A stretch of DNA of 64,000 nt from Macrostomum hystrix (GCA_950097015.1 CATNEN010000038.1:22010001-22074000); one strand, 5' to 3'. Counted from the first letter of the stretch, positions 11,301-25,100 are shown. Numbers and translations: made by a program. The notes: a model not told the origin generated them from the sequence alone.

Positions 11301-13881
11301 ATCAATATATTTAATAGGATTATCGATAATCATAATAGGATTATCAATGATTATAATAGCATTATTAATAATCACAGTAAGTGTAATAATAAATGAAGGA
11401 GGATTGTCAATAGTTACAGTATGATTATTATCAATAATCAAAATAGGATTATCAAGAATTGTATGATTATATTAAGAATGGTGGTAGGATTAGCGGAAAT
11501 GTTAATTCCACTACCTGGACTGACATGTAGTGTTAACAACTGATGCAATGACAAGTTGTGTATTGTATGCTAGGCCTCTATACAGTTTAGTGATAAACGA
11601 AGAAATGTCAATGTTAGCAAAGAAAGCCATTTACTATTTCTCTTTTTTCCCTTAGGTGACCACAGCTTACCTGTCCCACGATGAGAAGTCTATAGCGAGC
11701 GAAGCCTTCGTCTCTATCTGCGACTTGCTGGTGGTATTCAGTAGGCACAACGAAGCGACCGGACTTCAGCAGGGATCAGAGCTGCAGCAGCAGCAGCCAG
11801 CTAGCAATGTTGTCACATTCACCGCTGATGCCGGCCTCCAATCAGGTCTGGTTCATTTCATGCAGCGTCGAGTATTTATCGAAGACGAGACAGAAACAGA
11901 CGAAGACGCCAAGATTGAAGAATTGCACAATCGGCGCACTTATCTAGCCAGCTTTGCCAAGTTAATCGTTTATAATTGCGTACCGCTGCAATTGGCTAGT
12001 CACATGTTTGTGCAGTATATTCGTTTCTATAACGATTTCGGCGACATTATGAAGACTACGCTGCAAAAGTGCAAAGAGATTAATAAACTGGATGCTACGC
12101 TGTGCATTGCCGCGACGCTGCAGAAGGCCTTCGCCCAGTTGCCAGCCAACGCTGATAGGGGCTCTCCTGGCTTCGTTGCGCTCAAAGATCTGGCTAGACG
12201 CTTCAATTTGAGCTTTGGATTAGATGCAGCTAAGGTTATTTTTGCATTAAAAAAGCGCGCAATTATTTTTTCTCATAATTCCTTCAACTGAACGTTTTTT
12301 CGATAGTCCCAAAAATCCATTCTTCTATCATTTCTATAAAGTTTCTAATAACCACATCGGCGTTTCTATAAACTCATCTGCGTTATCAATATCTCAATAA
12401 CTTTATCGATAGTCCCATCGGCGTTAAAAAACAACCCCATCATCGCTATCGATAATCTCAACAGGGTTATCGATGATCTTAACAACGTTATCGATGATCT
12501 TAACAACGTTATCGATAATCCCATCCGCCTTTCGATAATCCCATCAGCCTTTCGATAAACCCATCAGCGTTATCGATAATCCACTCAGCCTTTCAATAGT
12601 CCCATCAGCCTTTCGATAATCCCATCAGCCTTTCGATAATCTCATCAGCGTTATCGATAATCCCATCAGCCTTTCAATAATCCCATCAGCCTTTCAATAA
12701 TCCCATCAGCGTTATCGATAATCCCATCAGCCTTTCATTAATCCCATCAGCCTTTCGATAATCCCATCAGCCTTTCGATAATCCCATCAGCCTTTCGATA
12801 ATCCCATCAGCCTTTCGATAATCCCATCAGCCTTTCAATAATCCCATCAGCCTTTCGATAATCCCATCAGCGTTATCGATAATCCCATCAGCCTTTCGAT
12901 AATCCCATCAGCGTTATTGATAATCCCATCAGCGTTATCGATAATCCCATCAGCGTTATCGATAATCCCGTCTTTGATATAAAAATTCACATTATTGATT
13001 TTGTTAATCCCATCATCGCTATCGGTAATTCCTTTAATATTTTTAATAATCTCTGCAACATTTCCGATAACCCTATCAGCTTTTTCCATCAATATCTATC
13101 TGCGTTACCGGTGATAGCCGATAATCCTGTCATAATAACACACAACCATCTCACCCCCCCGATGCAGGTTCGCGAGCAGATGCGCTGCCTACACGAGGAG
13201 GGCGTGAAATTCGCCCTAGCCGACTGGGATCCGTCTTCTAATACGGCCGCTCCGCCGACTCCGCCCCACAATGTGGCATTCTTCGACGTCCTAGCCGAAT
13301 TCTCTAATAAACTATTGCGAGAAGACAAAGCCCAGCTGGCTAATTGGTTGCGCACCGGTTGGCAGGTGCGAACCACAGGCCTAGGCCAGCAATGGCAGAG
13401 TCTAATCTACTATTTGTCATCGTTGGAGAATCCGGATGATAGTTCTGTTAGTGGCGCCGCATCGGCTGCCGGTCAGCCGCACTCGCACCAGACTGGCGGT
13501 GGCCCCGGCCGCGGCAGCGGTCAGCGCGGCCGGCCGAAACGACCGCGCGATTCTTCGCTAACTACTTCAACTACAACTGGACCTGCAGGCGCCGCGTTGA
13601 ACAGCCCGCCTGGCGCTGCCGCAGCAGCCGCCGCCGCTGCGGCTTCTATGTCGGCTATAGCGTCGACGTCGATGTCTGGACCGCAGGCGATTTCAACGGC
13701 TGTCAAACGATCTAGGCGAGATCATTCGGCAATGCCGCCGCCTCCGCCGCCGCCCATGCAGTCTGGCGTTTCGGCTACTCCTGTCCAGGGTACACCTCAG
13801 CAGCCGCCACAATCGCACGGACCAACCACTTCGGTTCTGCAGCTCCGGTCGCATCAACAATTTTTAGCCGGGGGTCTATAA
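8400..13881 (+). CDS. STAG1/2: Cohesin subunit STAG/SA (Scc3); exons 8400-9968 (first in-frame ATG 8535), 10266-10910, 11656-12234, 13168-13881
   Basis: Strong STAG-domain motifs: FDEDSGEYPL, DSQVRAFRHTSTLAA, VFIHRYRD..EIR, YLKYVGWTLYD, HAAYLVDS, FYNDFGDIMKTTL, LKDLARRFNLSFG. Three phase-0 GT-AG introns. The true start is uncertain because the exon is open from the acceptor at 8399. Confidence 0.97.
10053..10231 (+). mobile_element. tRNA-derived SINE copy in STAG intron 1
   Basis: A box (ttgccttgtggttagg), B box (ggttcgagtcccg) and family tail ggtgtggcgtccccccagtctatggacttaacagccgtacgcagccttcaaatgcgc. Confidence 0.82.
10985..11500. repeat. 21-bp minisatellite (ATAGGATTATCAACAATCATA) in STAG intron 2
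   Basis: Direct tandem copies with degenerate ends. Confidence 0.95.
12400..12970. repeat. 20/21-bp minisatellite (GATAATCCCATCAGCCTTTC / GATAATCCCATCAGCGTTATC) in STAG intron 3
   Basis: Direct tandem copies; decayed copies extend to ~12300 and ~13130. Confidence 0.95.
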
Positions 13882-14159
13882 GAAGGCGTGGAATGGCATT
13901 TTTTGTTTTAATTTAGCTTCTTTCTTTTTTCTCAATATCAAGAATTAAAAATATTAATAAATAATAAACTTGTTCTTTAATGTTGTACCGTTGCATTGGG
14001 TAAATTATCTAGGTGTAAATTAAGTGTCGTTGCAAATACCTTGTTTAAATAAAAATTCTTTTTCGTGTCTTTTTTTGTCATTTGGTTATACTTGGTAGCT
14101 TTTTTCAATAAAATAAAATAAAACGTGCTTAGTATTTTAAGTTGATCAGCTTGTTCTGC

Positions 14160-14578
14160 CCCGCTAAAAAATAGGTATGTTTCTTTGGGTGATTCCAGTG
14201 GAATCTGCGGTGTTTCCAGAAAAAGAAACAGCCGAACGCTGGAAACAGACCAATCGGATGATTCCATGCTTAGAATCTACCCAACTGGGCGTTTTCTCGG
14301 TGCTTCTTGGTGGCGAAATGGAATCACCCAAAGAATCCTCCAGTTCGGAAGATTCCATGCTCAGAAACCGCCGAGGAATCGCCCGTAAATAAGTCTCTGG
14401 TTGTCCCATGGGCCACTGGTTCGGGTGATTCTTCGGCGGTTTCCGCACAATTTACGGTTTCATCGGCTGCTTCCTGGGTGGTTTCTTTAACTCTTGCGAG
14501 ATAGGGGGGATTTTGGTAGATTCCTCTCCTATTTTGCTCGAAAAACCCGCCGAAAAAGCAGCCGAATTTTTTACAGGG
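14160..14578. mobile_element. Putative CMC/EnSpm-like MITE
   Basis: Termini CCCGCTAAAAAAT / ATTTTTTACAGGG are imperfect inverted repeats flanked by GC on both sides (possible 2-bp TSD). The interior is rich in GAATC/GATTC motifs in both orientations. Confidence 0.55.
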
Positions 14579-15205
14579 GCTCTGTTGTATAAGTTATAAA
14601 GTTCTAAATCATAAAATATGATTTAATGTTGGCATGCTTGGTTTCGGTATTGCTAAATGGCGAAGTTCATAATTTGGCTTTGAAAATGCGCGATTTTATG
14701 CAGTTATGTATACATCCATCTCTCTCTTTTGTTAGCAAAGTAACTTATTAAAAAGTAGCGATTTAGATCCGTTAAAAAGCTACCTAGTTTTTCCCAACTT
14801 TTCTGTCTCCTATTTGCATCTTCGCTAGTATCTGAAATATGTATAGTGAATTTATTAGCGAAACCTGTTATGGCAGCTCTCTTACTATGCAGTGTGTGTC
14901 TGTACCTGTGTGTTTTGTTTGTATCTATCAAATTTGATTATTGCTAAACCTATTGTTTTTTGTTATACAAAGTTTTAATTAAAAATCTTACACTACTGTG
15001 TTTATACACTTCTAAACATTATCTACCCAGTAACTATTCGCTTGTATTTCTACCCCGTTGAAATTATAATTTACTGTTTATTTCACAGCCTTCTATTTCA
15101 TTAGGCAAATTCAGGAATTTTTAATTAGAAAATTGAACAATTTCAACTTTGCTGTCTGTTTTTTGTTGTCCATAACTAAATTATTAGGAGTTTAAATTAT
15201 TTCTT

Positions 15206-15410
15206 GTTTCCATAGCAACCAAACATTCAATATCGGTGAAAAGTCTCCAAATTGTAATGGCACGCGCATCACCATGTTGTTTCGTGTACCAATACTATGT
15301 AACGTTACCATAGCAACCAGTTTGTGCAGCTAATTTGTTCTAAGATAAATCGTTTAGTTATTTTAGCTAATTTTGTTTTTGTTAGCAACCAGTGTTAGCA
15401 ACATGGCGGG
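15206..15410. promoter_or_regulatory. RFX X-box cluster / probable promoter
   Basis: GTTTCCATAGCAAC (15206-15219) and GTTACCATAGCAAC (15304-15317) match GTNNCCATRGNAAC. Half sites TAGCAAC at ~15383 and ~15396. AACATGGCGG (YY1-like) at ~15400. Confidence 0.65.
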
Positions 15411-15591
15411 TTTTAGTGTTGCCAGTCAGCCGGATGCAAGTGCTCTTAAAGATATTAATCTATTAATAAATTTGGCCATTATTTATCTGCTATAACATAC
15501 GTCCCAATGTCGCCGATGCCATTGTGTTTTCTTCCCTGTTTTAATATTCAACAACTTACGTCCCGCGTGTTAATCTTCTACTTTTTTTCAG

Positions 15592-15671
15592 TTTTATTCT
15601 GCGCTGAACAGATCATGTACATATGGTGTGGCAACCGTTAAGTTAAATCGCGTGTTAACCAACAATCTTTG
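15592..15671 (+). other. Possible non-coding 5' UTR exon of GTF3C4
   Basis: Preceded by ctttttttcag and followed by gtaagg. The next good acceptor (ttttcttcag, 25276) lies 75 bp before the GTF3C4 ATG. Confidence 0.35.
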
Positions 15672-16136
15672 GTAAGGTATATTAGATTCACGCACTAGGA
15701 CTAGTATATTTTGTGTACATAACAATTCAACTAAAACCTCTACCTATAATTATATCCATCAGAGGTATAGTAACTAAGTAGGAAAATAATATTAGTTTTT
15801 TTTAAATCCATATTGTAACTAACAAGACACTGTCAATATTAATGTCATGAACTTCATGAACTGCTATTGTTTTCAATCGTTTATTTTAATGCAGCAAAAT
15901 CAATTTACACTTTAAACAGTGAAAAATAAACACGTACAATTTTTTTTACTCAGCCTCGCTTCGCTCTCCATCTCTCCCTCCCTGCCTGTCCGTCTGTGTC
16001 CGCGTTGTTTCTTCATTTTAATTCTCGTTTCTTTTAATATTTGCAACACCACTTTTGTGAGCCTTTGTTGTTGATCACTTTTTATTGTAGTTCTTAGTAA
16101 ATAAATTACTATTTGTCCTTCTACCACTCTGCATTA

Positions 16137-19100
16137 GTCTCTCCGAATCTCTAATGTCTCTCTGAATCCCTGATTGTCTCTCCGAATCCCTGAATGTCTC
16201 TCCGAATCTCTAATGTCTCTCTGAATCCCTGATTGTCTCTCCGAATCCCTGAATGTCTCTCCGAATCTCTAATGTCTCTCTGAATCCCTGATTGTCTCTC
16301 CGAATCCCTGAATGTCTCTCCGAATCTCTAATGTCTCTCTGAATCCCTGATTGTCTCTCCGAATCCCTGAATGTCTCTCCGAATCCCTGAATGTCTCTCC
16401 GAATCTCTAATGTCTCTCTGAATCCCTGATTGTCTCTCTGAATCCCTGAATGTCTCTCCGAATCCCTGAATGTCTCTCTGAATCTCTAATGTCTCTCTGA
16501 ATCCCTGATTGTCTCTCCGAATCCCTGAATGTCTCTCCGAATCTCTAATGTCTCTCTGAATCCCTGATTGTCTCTCCGAATCCCTGAATGTCTCTCCGAA
16601 TCCCTGAATGTCTCTCCGAATCTCTAATGTCTCTCTGAATCCCTGATTGTCTCTCTGAATCCCTGAATGTCTCTCCGAATCCCTGAATGTCTCTCTGAAT
16701 CTCTAATGTCTCTCCGAATCTCTGAATGTCTCTCCGAATCTCTAATGTCTCTCTGAATCCCTGATTGTCTCTCTGAATCCCTGAATGTCTCTCCGAATCT
16801 GTAAATGTCTCTCCGAATCTGTAAATGTCTCTCCGAATCTGTAAATGTCTCTCAGAATCCCTGATTGTCTCTCTGAATCCCTGAATGTCTCTCCGAATCT
16901 GTAAATGTCTCTCCGAATCTGTAAATGTCTCTCTGAATCCCTGAATGTCTCTCTGAATCCCTGATTGTCTCTCTGAATCCCTGAATGTCTCTCCGAATCT
17001 CTGAATGTCTCTCCGAATCTCTGAATGTCTCTCCGAATCTCTGAATGTCTCTCCGAATCTCTGAATGTCTCTCCGAATCCCTGAATGTCTCTCCGAATCT
17101 GTAAATGTCTCTCCGAATCTGTAAATGTCTCTCCGAATCTGTAAATGTCTCTCCGAATCCCTGAATGTCTCTCCGAATCTGTAAATGTCTCTCCGAATCC
17201 CTGAATGTCTCTCCGAATCTGTAAATGTCTCCCCGAATCTCTGAATGTCTCTCCGAATCCCGGAATGTCTCCCCGAATCTCTGAATGTCTCTCCGAATCT
17301 GTAAATGTCTCTCCGAATCCCTGAATGTCTCTCTGAATCCCTGAATGTCTCTCCGAATCCCTGAATGTCTCTCCGAATCTGTAAATGTCTCTCCGAATCT
17401 CTGAATGTCTCTCCGAATCTGTAAATGTCTCTCCGAATCCCTGAATGTCTCTCTGAATCCCTGAATGTCTCTCTGAATCCCTGAATGTCTCTCCGAATCC
17501 CTGAATGTCTCTCTGAATCCCTGAATGTCTCTCTGAATCCCTGAATGTCTCTCCGAATCCCTGAATGTCTCTCCGAATCTGTAAATGTCTCCCCGAATCT
17601 CTGAATGTCTCTCCGAATCCCTGAATGTCTCCCCGAATCTCTGAATGTCTCTCCGAATCTGTAAATGTCTCTCCGAATCCCTGAATGTCTCTCTGAATCC
17701 CTGAATGTCTCTCCGAATCCCTGAATGTCTCTCCGAATCTGTAAATGTCTCTCCGAATCTCTGAATGTCTCTCCGAATCTGTAAATGTCTCTCCGAATCC
17801 CTGAATGTCTCTCTGAATCCCTGAATGTCTCTCTAAATCTCTGAATGTCTCTCCGAATCTCTGAATGTCTCTCCGAATCCCTGAATGTCTCTCCGAATCT
17901 GTAAATGTCTCTCCGAATCTCTGAATGTCTCTCCGAATCTGTAAATGTCTCTCCGAATCCCTGAATGTCTCTCTGAATCCCTGAATGTCTCTCCGAATCC
18001 CTGAATGTCTCCGAATCTGTAAATGTCTCTCCGAATCCCTGAATGTCTCCCCAAATCTCTGAATGTCTCTCCGAATCTGTAAATGTCTCTCCGAATCCTT
18101 GAAAGTCTCTCTGAATCCCTGAATGTCTCTCCGAATCCCTGATTGTCTCTCCGAATCTGTAAATGTCTCTCCGAATCTCTGAATGTCTCTCCGAATCTGT
18201 AAATGTCTCTCCGAATCCCTGAATGTCTCTCTGAATCCCTGAATGTCTCTCTGAATCCCTGAATGTCTCTCCGAATCCCTGAATGTCTCTCTGAATCCCT
18301 GAATGTCTCTCTGAATCTCTGAATGTCTCTCCGAATCTGTAAATGTCTCTCCGAATCTCTGAATGTCTCTCCGAATCTCTAATGTCTCTCTGAATCCCTG
18401 ATTGTCTCTCTGAATCCCTGAATGTCTCTCCGAATCCCTGAATGTCTCTCTGAATCCCTGAATGTCTCTCCGAATCTCTAATGTCTCTCTGAATCCCTGA
18501 TTGTCTCTCTGAATCCCTGAATGTCTCTCCGAATCTGTAAATGTCTCTCCGAATCTGTAAATGTCTCTCCGAATCTGTAAATGTCTCTCAGAATCCCTGA
18601 TTGTCTCTCTGAATCCCTGAATGTCTCTCCGAATCTGTAAATGTCTCTCCGAATCTGTAAATGTCTCTCTGAATCCCTGAATGTCTCTCTGAATCCCTGA
18701 TTGTCTCTCTGAATCCCTGAATGTCTCTCCGAATCTCTGAATGTCTCTCCGAATCTCTGAATGTCTCTCCGAATCTCTGAATGTCTCTCCGAATCTCTGA
18801 ATGTCTCTCCGAATCCCTGAATGTCTCTCCGAATCTGTAAATGTCTCTCCGAATCTGTAAATGTCTCTCCGAATCTGTAAATGTCTCTCCGAATCCCTGA
18901 ATGTCTCTCCGAATCTGTAAATGTCTCTCCGAATCCCTGAATGTCTCTCCGAATCTGTAAATGTCTCCCCGAATCTCTGAATGTCTCTCCGAATCCCGGA
19001 ATGTCTCCCCGAATCTCTGAATGTCTCTCCGAATCTGTAAATGTCTCTCCGAATCCCTGAATGTCTCTCTGAATCCCTGAATGTCTCTCCGAATCCCTGA

Positions 19101-22100
19101 ATGTCTCTCCGAATCTGTAAATGTCTCTCCGAATCTCTGAATGTCTCTCCGAATCTGTAAATGTCTCTCCGAATCCCTGAATGTCTCTCTGAATCCCTGA
19201 ATGTCTCTCTGAATCCCTGAATGTCTCTCCGAATCCCTGAATGTCTCTCTGAATCCCTGAATGTCTCTCTGAATCCCTGAATGTCTCTCCGAATCCCTGA
19301 ATGTCTCTCCGAATCTGTAAATGTCTCCCCGAATCTCTGAATGTCTCTCCGAATCCCTGAATGTCTCCCCGAATCTCTGAATGTCTCTCCGAATCTGTAA
19401 ATGTCTCTCCGAATCCCTGAATGTCTCTCTGAATCCCTGAATGTCTCTCCGAATCCCTGAATGTCTCTCCGAATCTGTAAATGTCTCTCCGAATCTCTGA
19501 ATGTCTCTCCGAATCTGTAAATGTCTCTCCGAATCCCTGAATGTCTCTCTGAATCCCTGAATGTCTCTCTAAATCTCTGAATGTCTCTCCGAATCTCTGA
19601 ATGTCTCTCCGAATCCCTGAATGTCTCTCCGAATCTGTAAATGTCTCTCCGAATCTCTGAATGTCTCTCCGAATCTGTAAATGTCTCTCCGAATCCCTGA
19701 ATGTCTCTCTGAATCCCTGAATGTCTCTCCGAATCCCTGAATGTCTCCGAATCTGTAAATGTCTCTCCGAATCCCTGAATGTCTCCCCAAATCTCTGAAT
19801 GTCTCTCCGAATCTGTAAATGTCTCTCCGAATCCTTGAATGTCTCTCTGAATCCCTGAATGTCTCTCCGAATCCCTGATTGTCTCTCCGAATCTGTAAAT
19901 GTCTCTCCGAATCTCTGAATGTCTCTCCGAATCTGTAAATGTCTCTCCGAATCCCTGAATGTCTCTCTGAATCCCTGAATGTCTCTCTGAATCCCTGAAT
20001 GTCTCTCCGAATCCCTGAATGTCTCTCTGAATCCCTGAATGTCTCTCTAAATCTCTGAATGTCTCTCCGAATCCCTGAATGTCTCTCCGAATCTCTGAAT
20101 GTCTCTCCGAATCTCTAATGTCCCTCTGAATCCCTGAATGTCTCTCCGAATCTCTGAATGTCTCTCCGAATCCCTGAATGTCTCTCCGAATCTCTAATGT
20201 CTCTCTGAATCCCTGAATGTCTCTCTGAATCCCTGAATGTCTCTCCGAATCTCTGAATGTCTCTCCGAATCTGTAAATGTCTCTCCGAATCCCTGAATGT
20301 CTCTCTGAATCCCTGAATGTCTCTCTGAATCCCTGAATGTCTCTCTGAATCCCTGAATGTCTCTCTAAATCTCTGAATGTCTCTCCGAATCTCTGAATGT
20401 CTCTCCGAATCCCTGAATGTCTCTCCGAATCTGTAAATGTCTCTCCGAATCTCTGAATGTCTCTCCGAATCTGTAAATGTCTCTCCGAATCTCTGAATGT
20501 CTCTCCGAATCTGTAAATGTCTCTCCGAATCCCTGAATGTCTCTCTGAATCCCTGAATGTCTCTCCGAATCCCTGAATGTCTCTCCGAATCTCTGAATGT
20601 CTCTCCGAATCTGTAAATGTCTCTCCGAATCCCTGAATGTCTCTCTGAATCCCTGAATGTCTCTCTGAATCCCTGAATGTCTCTCTGAATCCCTGAATGT
20701 CTCTCCGAATCTGTAAATGTCTCTCCGAATCTCTGAATGTCTCTCCGAATCTGTAAATGTCTCTCCGAATCCCTGAATGTCTCTCTGAATCCCTGAATGT
20801 CTCTCTGAATCCCTGAATGTCTCTCCGAATCCCTGAATGTCTCTCTGAATCTCTGAATGTCTCTCTGAATCCCTGAATGTCTCTCTAAATCTCTGAATGT
20901 CTCTCCGAATCCCTGAATGTCTCTCCGAATCTCTAAATGTCTCTCCGAATCTCTAAATGTCTCTCCGAATCTCTGATTGTCTCTCCGAATCTCTGAATGT
21001 CTCTCCGAATCTGTCAATGTCCCTCCGAATCTGTAAGTCTGTCGGAATCCCTGAATGTCTCTCCGAATCTCTGAATGTCTCTCCGAATCCCTGAATGTCT
21101 CTCCGAATCTGTAAATGTCTCTCCGAATCTCTGAATGTCTCTCCGAATCTGTAAATGTCTCTCCGAATCTCTGAATGTCTCTCCGAATCTGTAAATGTCT
21201 CTCCGAATCTGTAAATGTCTCTCCGAATCTGTAAATGTCTCTCCGAATCCCTGAATGTCTCTCTGAATCCCTGAATGTCTCTCCGAATCCCTGAATGTCT
21301 CTCCGAATCTCTGAATGTCTCTCCGAATCTGTAAATGTCTCTCCGAATCCCTGAATGTCTCTCTGAATCCCTGAATGTCTCTCTGAATCCCTGAATGTCT
21401 CTCTGAATCCCTGAATGTCTCTCCGAATCTCTGAATGTCTCTCCGAATCTCTGATTGTCTCTCCGAATCTGTCAATGCCCTCCGAATCTGTAAGTCTGTC
21501 GGAATCCCTGAATGTCTCTCCGAATCTCTGAATGTCTCTCCGAATCTCTGAATGTCTCTCTGAATCCCTGAATGTCTCTCTGAATCCCTGAATGTCTCTC
21601 CGAATCTCTGAATGTCTCTCCGAATCTCTGAATGTCTCTCCGAATCTCTGAATGTCTCTCTGAATCCCTGAATGTCTCTCCGAATCTCTGAATGTCTCTC
21701 CGAATCTCTGAATGTCTCTCCGAATCTCTAATGTCCCTCTGAATCCCTGAATGTCTCTCCGAATCTCTGAATGTCTCTCCGAATCCCTGAATGTCTCTCC
21801 GAATCTCTAATGTCTCTCTGAATCCCTGAATGTCTCTCTGAATCCCTGAATGTCTCTCCGAATCTCTGAATGTCTCTCCGAATCTCTGAATGTCTCTCCG
21901 AATCTGTAAATGTCTCTCCGAATCTCTGAATGTCTCTCCGAATCTGTCAATGTCCCTCCGAATCTGTAAGTCTGTCGGAATCCCTGAATGTCTCTCCGAA
22001 TCTCTGAATGTCTCTCCGAATCCCTGAATGTCTCTCCGAATCTGTAAATGTCTCTCCGAATCTCTGAATGTCTCTCCGAATCTGTAAATGTCTCTCCGAA

Positions 22101-25100
22101 TCTCTGAATGTCTCTCCGAATCTGTAAATGTCTCTCCGAATCCCTGAATGTCTCTCTGAATCCCTGAATGTCTCTCCGAATCCCTGAATGTCTCTCCGAA
22201 TCTCTGAATGTCTCTCCGAATCTGTAAATGTCTCTCCGAATCCCTGAATGTCTCTCTGAATCCCTGAATGTCTCTCTGAATCCCTGAATGTCTCTCTGAA
22301 TCCCTGAATGTCTCTCCGAATCTCTGAATGTCTCTCCGAATCTCTGATTGTCTCTCCGAATCTGTCAATGTCCCTCCGAATCTGTAAGTCTGTCGGAATC
22401 CCTGAATGTCTCTCCGAATCTCTGAATGTCTCTCCGAATCTCTAATGTCTCTCTGAATCCCTGAATGTCTCTCTGAATCCCTGAATGTCTCTCCGAATCT
22501 CTGAATGTCTCTCTGAATCCCTGAATGTCTCTCCGAATCTCTGAATGTCTCTCCGAATCTCTGAATGTCTCTCCGAATCTCTAATGTCTCTCTGAATCCC
22601 TGAATGTCTCTCCGAATCCCTGAATGTCTCTCCGAATCTCTGAATGTCTCTCCGAATCTCTAATGTCCCTCTGAATCCCTGAATGTCTCTCCGAATCTCT
22701 GAATGTCTCTCCGAATCCCTGAATGTCTCTCCGAATCTCTAATGTCTCTCTGAATCCCTGAATGTCTCTCTGAATCCCTGAATGTCTCTCCGAATCTCTG
22801 AATGTCTCTCCGAATCTCTGAATGTCTCTCCGAATCTGTAAATGTCTCTCCGAATCTCTGAATGTCTCTCCGAATCTGTCAATGTCCCTCCGAATCTGTA
22901 AGTCTGTCGGAATCCCTGAATGTCTCTCCGAATCTCTGAATGTCTCTCCGAATCCCTGAATGTCTCTCCGAATCTGTAAATGTCTCTCCGAATCTCTGAA
23001 TGTCTCTCCGAATCTGTAAATGTCTCTCCGAATCTCTGAATGTCTCTCCGAATCTGTAAATGTCTCTCCGAATCCCTGAATGTCTCTCTGAATCCCTGAA
23101 TGTCTCTCCGAATCCCTGAATGTCTCTCCGAATCTCTGAATGTCTCTCCGAATCTGTAAATGTCTCTCCGAATCCCTGAATGTCTCTCTGAATCCCTGAA
23201 TGTCTCTCTGAATCCCTGAATGTCTCTCTGAATCCCTGAATGTCTCTCCGAATCTCTGAATGTCTCTCTGAATCCCTGAATGTCTCTCTGAATCCCTGAA
23301 TGTCTCTCTGAATCCCTGAATGTCTCTCTGAATCCCTGAATGTCTCTCCGAATCTCTGATTGTCTCTCCGAATCTCTGATTGTCTCTCCGAATCTGTCAA
23401 TGTCCCTCCGAATCTGTAAGTCTGTCGGAATCCCTGAATGTCTCTCCGAATCTCTGAATGTCTCTCCGAATCTCTAATGTCTCTCTGAATCCCTGAATGT
23501 CTCTCTGAATCCCTGAATGTCTCTCCGAATCTCTGAATGTCTCTCCGAATCTCTAATGTCTCTCTGAATCCCTGAATGTCTCTCCGAATCTCTGAATGTC
23601 TCTCCGAATCTCTGAATGTCTCTCCGAATCTCTAATGTCCCTCTGAATCCCTGAATGTCTCTCCGAATCTCTGAATGTCTGTCGGAATCCCTGAATGTCT
23701 CTCTGAATCCCTGAATGTCTCTCCGAATCTCTGAATGTCTCTCCGAATCTCTGAATGTCTCTCCGAATCTCTAATGTCTCTCTGAATCCCTGAATGTCTC
23801 TCTGAATCCCTGAATGTCTCTCCGAATCTCTGAATGTCTCTCCGAATCTCTGAATGTCTCTCCGAATCTCTAATGTCCCTCTGAATCCCTGAATGTCTCT
23901 CCGAATCCCTGAATGTCTCTCTGAATCCCTGAATGTCTCTCCGAATCTCTGAATGTCTCTCTGAATCCCTGAATGTCTCTCCGAATCTCTAATGTCTCTC
24001 TGAATCCCTGAATGTCTCTCCGAATCTCTAATGTCCCTCTGAATCCCTGAATGTCTCTCCGAATCTCTGAATGTCTCTCTGAATCCCTGAATGTCTCTCT
24101 GAATCCCTGAATGTCTCTCTGAATCTCTGATTGTCTCTCCGAATCTCTGAATGTCTCTCCGAATCTCTGATTGTCTCTCTGAATCCCTGAATGTCTCTCC
24201 GAATCTCTAATGTCCCTCTGAATCCCTGAATGTCTCTCCGAATCTCTGAATGTCTCTCCGAATCTCTGAATGTCTCTCCGAATCTCTGAATGTCTCTCTG
24301 AATCCCTGAATGTCTCTCCGAATCTCTAATGTCTCTCTGAATCCCTGAATGTCTCTCCGAATCTCTAATGTCCCTCTGAATCCCTGAATGTCTCTCCGAA
24401 TCTCTGAATGTCTCTCTGAATCCCTGAATGTCTCTCTGAATCCCTGAATGTCTCTCTGAATCTCTGATTGTCTCTCCGAATCTCTGAATGTCTCTCCGAA
24501 TCTCTGATTGTCTCTCTGAATCCCTGAATGTCTCTCCGAATCTCTAATGTCCCTCTGAATCCCTGAATGTCTCTCCGAATCTCTGAATGTCTCTCCGAAT
24601 CTCTAATGTCCCTCTGAATCCCTGAATGTCTCTCTGAATCCCTGAATGTCTCTCTGAATCCCTGAATGTCTCTCCGAATCTCTGAATGTCTCTCCGAATC
24701 TCTGAATGTCTCTCCGAATCTCTGAATGTCTCTCCGAATCTCTGAATGTCTCTCTGAATCCCTGAATGTCTCTCCGAATCTCTAATGTCTCTCTGAATCC
24801 CTGAATGTCTCTCCGAATCTCTAATGTCCCTCTGAATCCCTGAATGTCTCTCCGAATCTCTGAATGTCTCTCTGAATCCCTGAATGTCTCTCTGAATCCC
24901 TGAATGTCTCTCTAAATCCCTGAATGTCTCTCTGAATCTCTGATTGTCTCTCCGAATCTCTAATGTCCCTCTGAATCCCTGAATGTCTCTCTGAATCTCT
25001 GATTGTCTCTCTGAATCCCTGAATGTCTCTCCGAATCCCTGAATGTCTCTCTGAATCCCTGAATGTCTCTCCGAATCCCTGAATGTCTCTCCGAATCTCT

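Noticed and set aside
10881-11441. Hydrophobic IIIGLST / IIDNPI ORFs on both strands
   Set aside because: A 21-bp intronic minisatellite in STAG.
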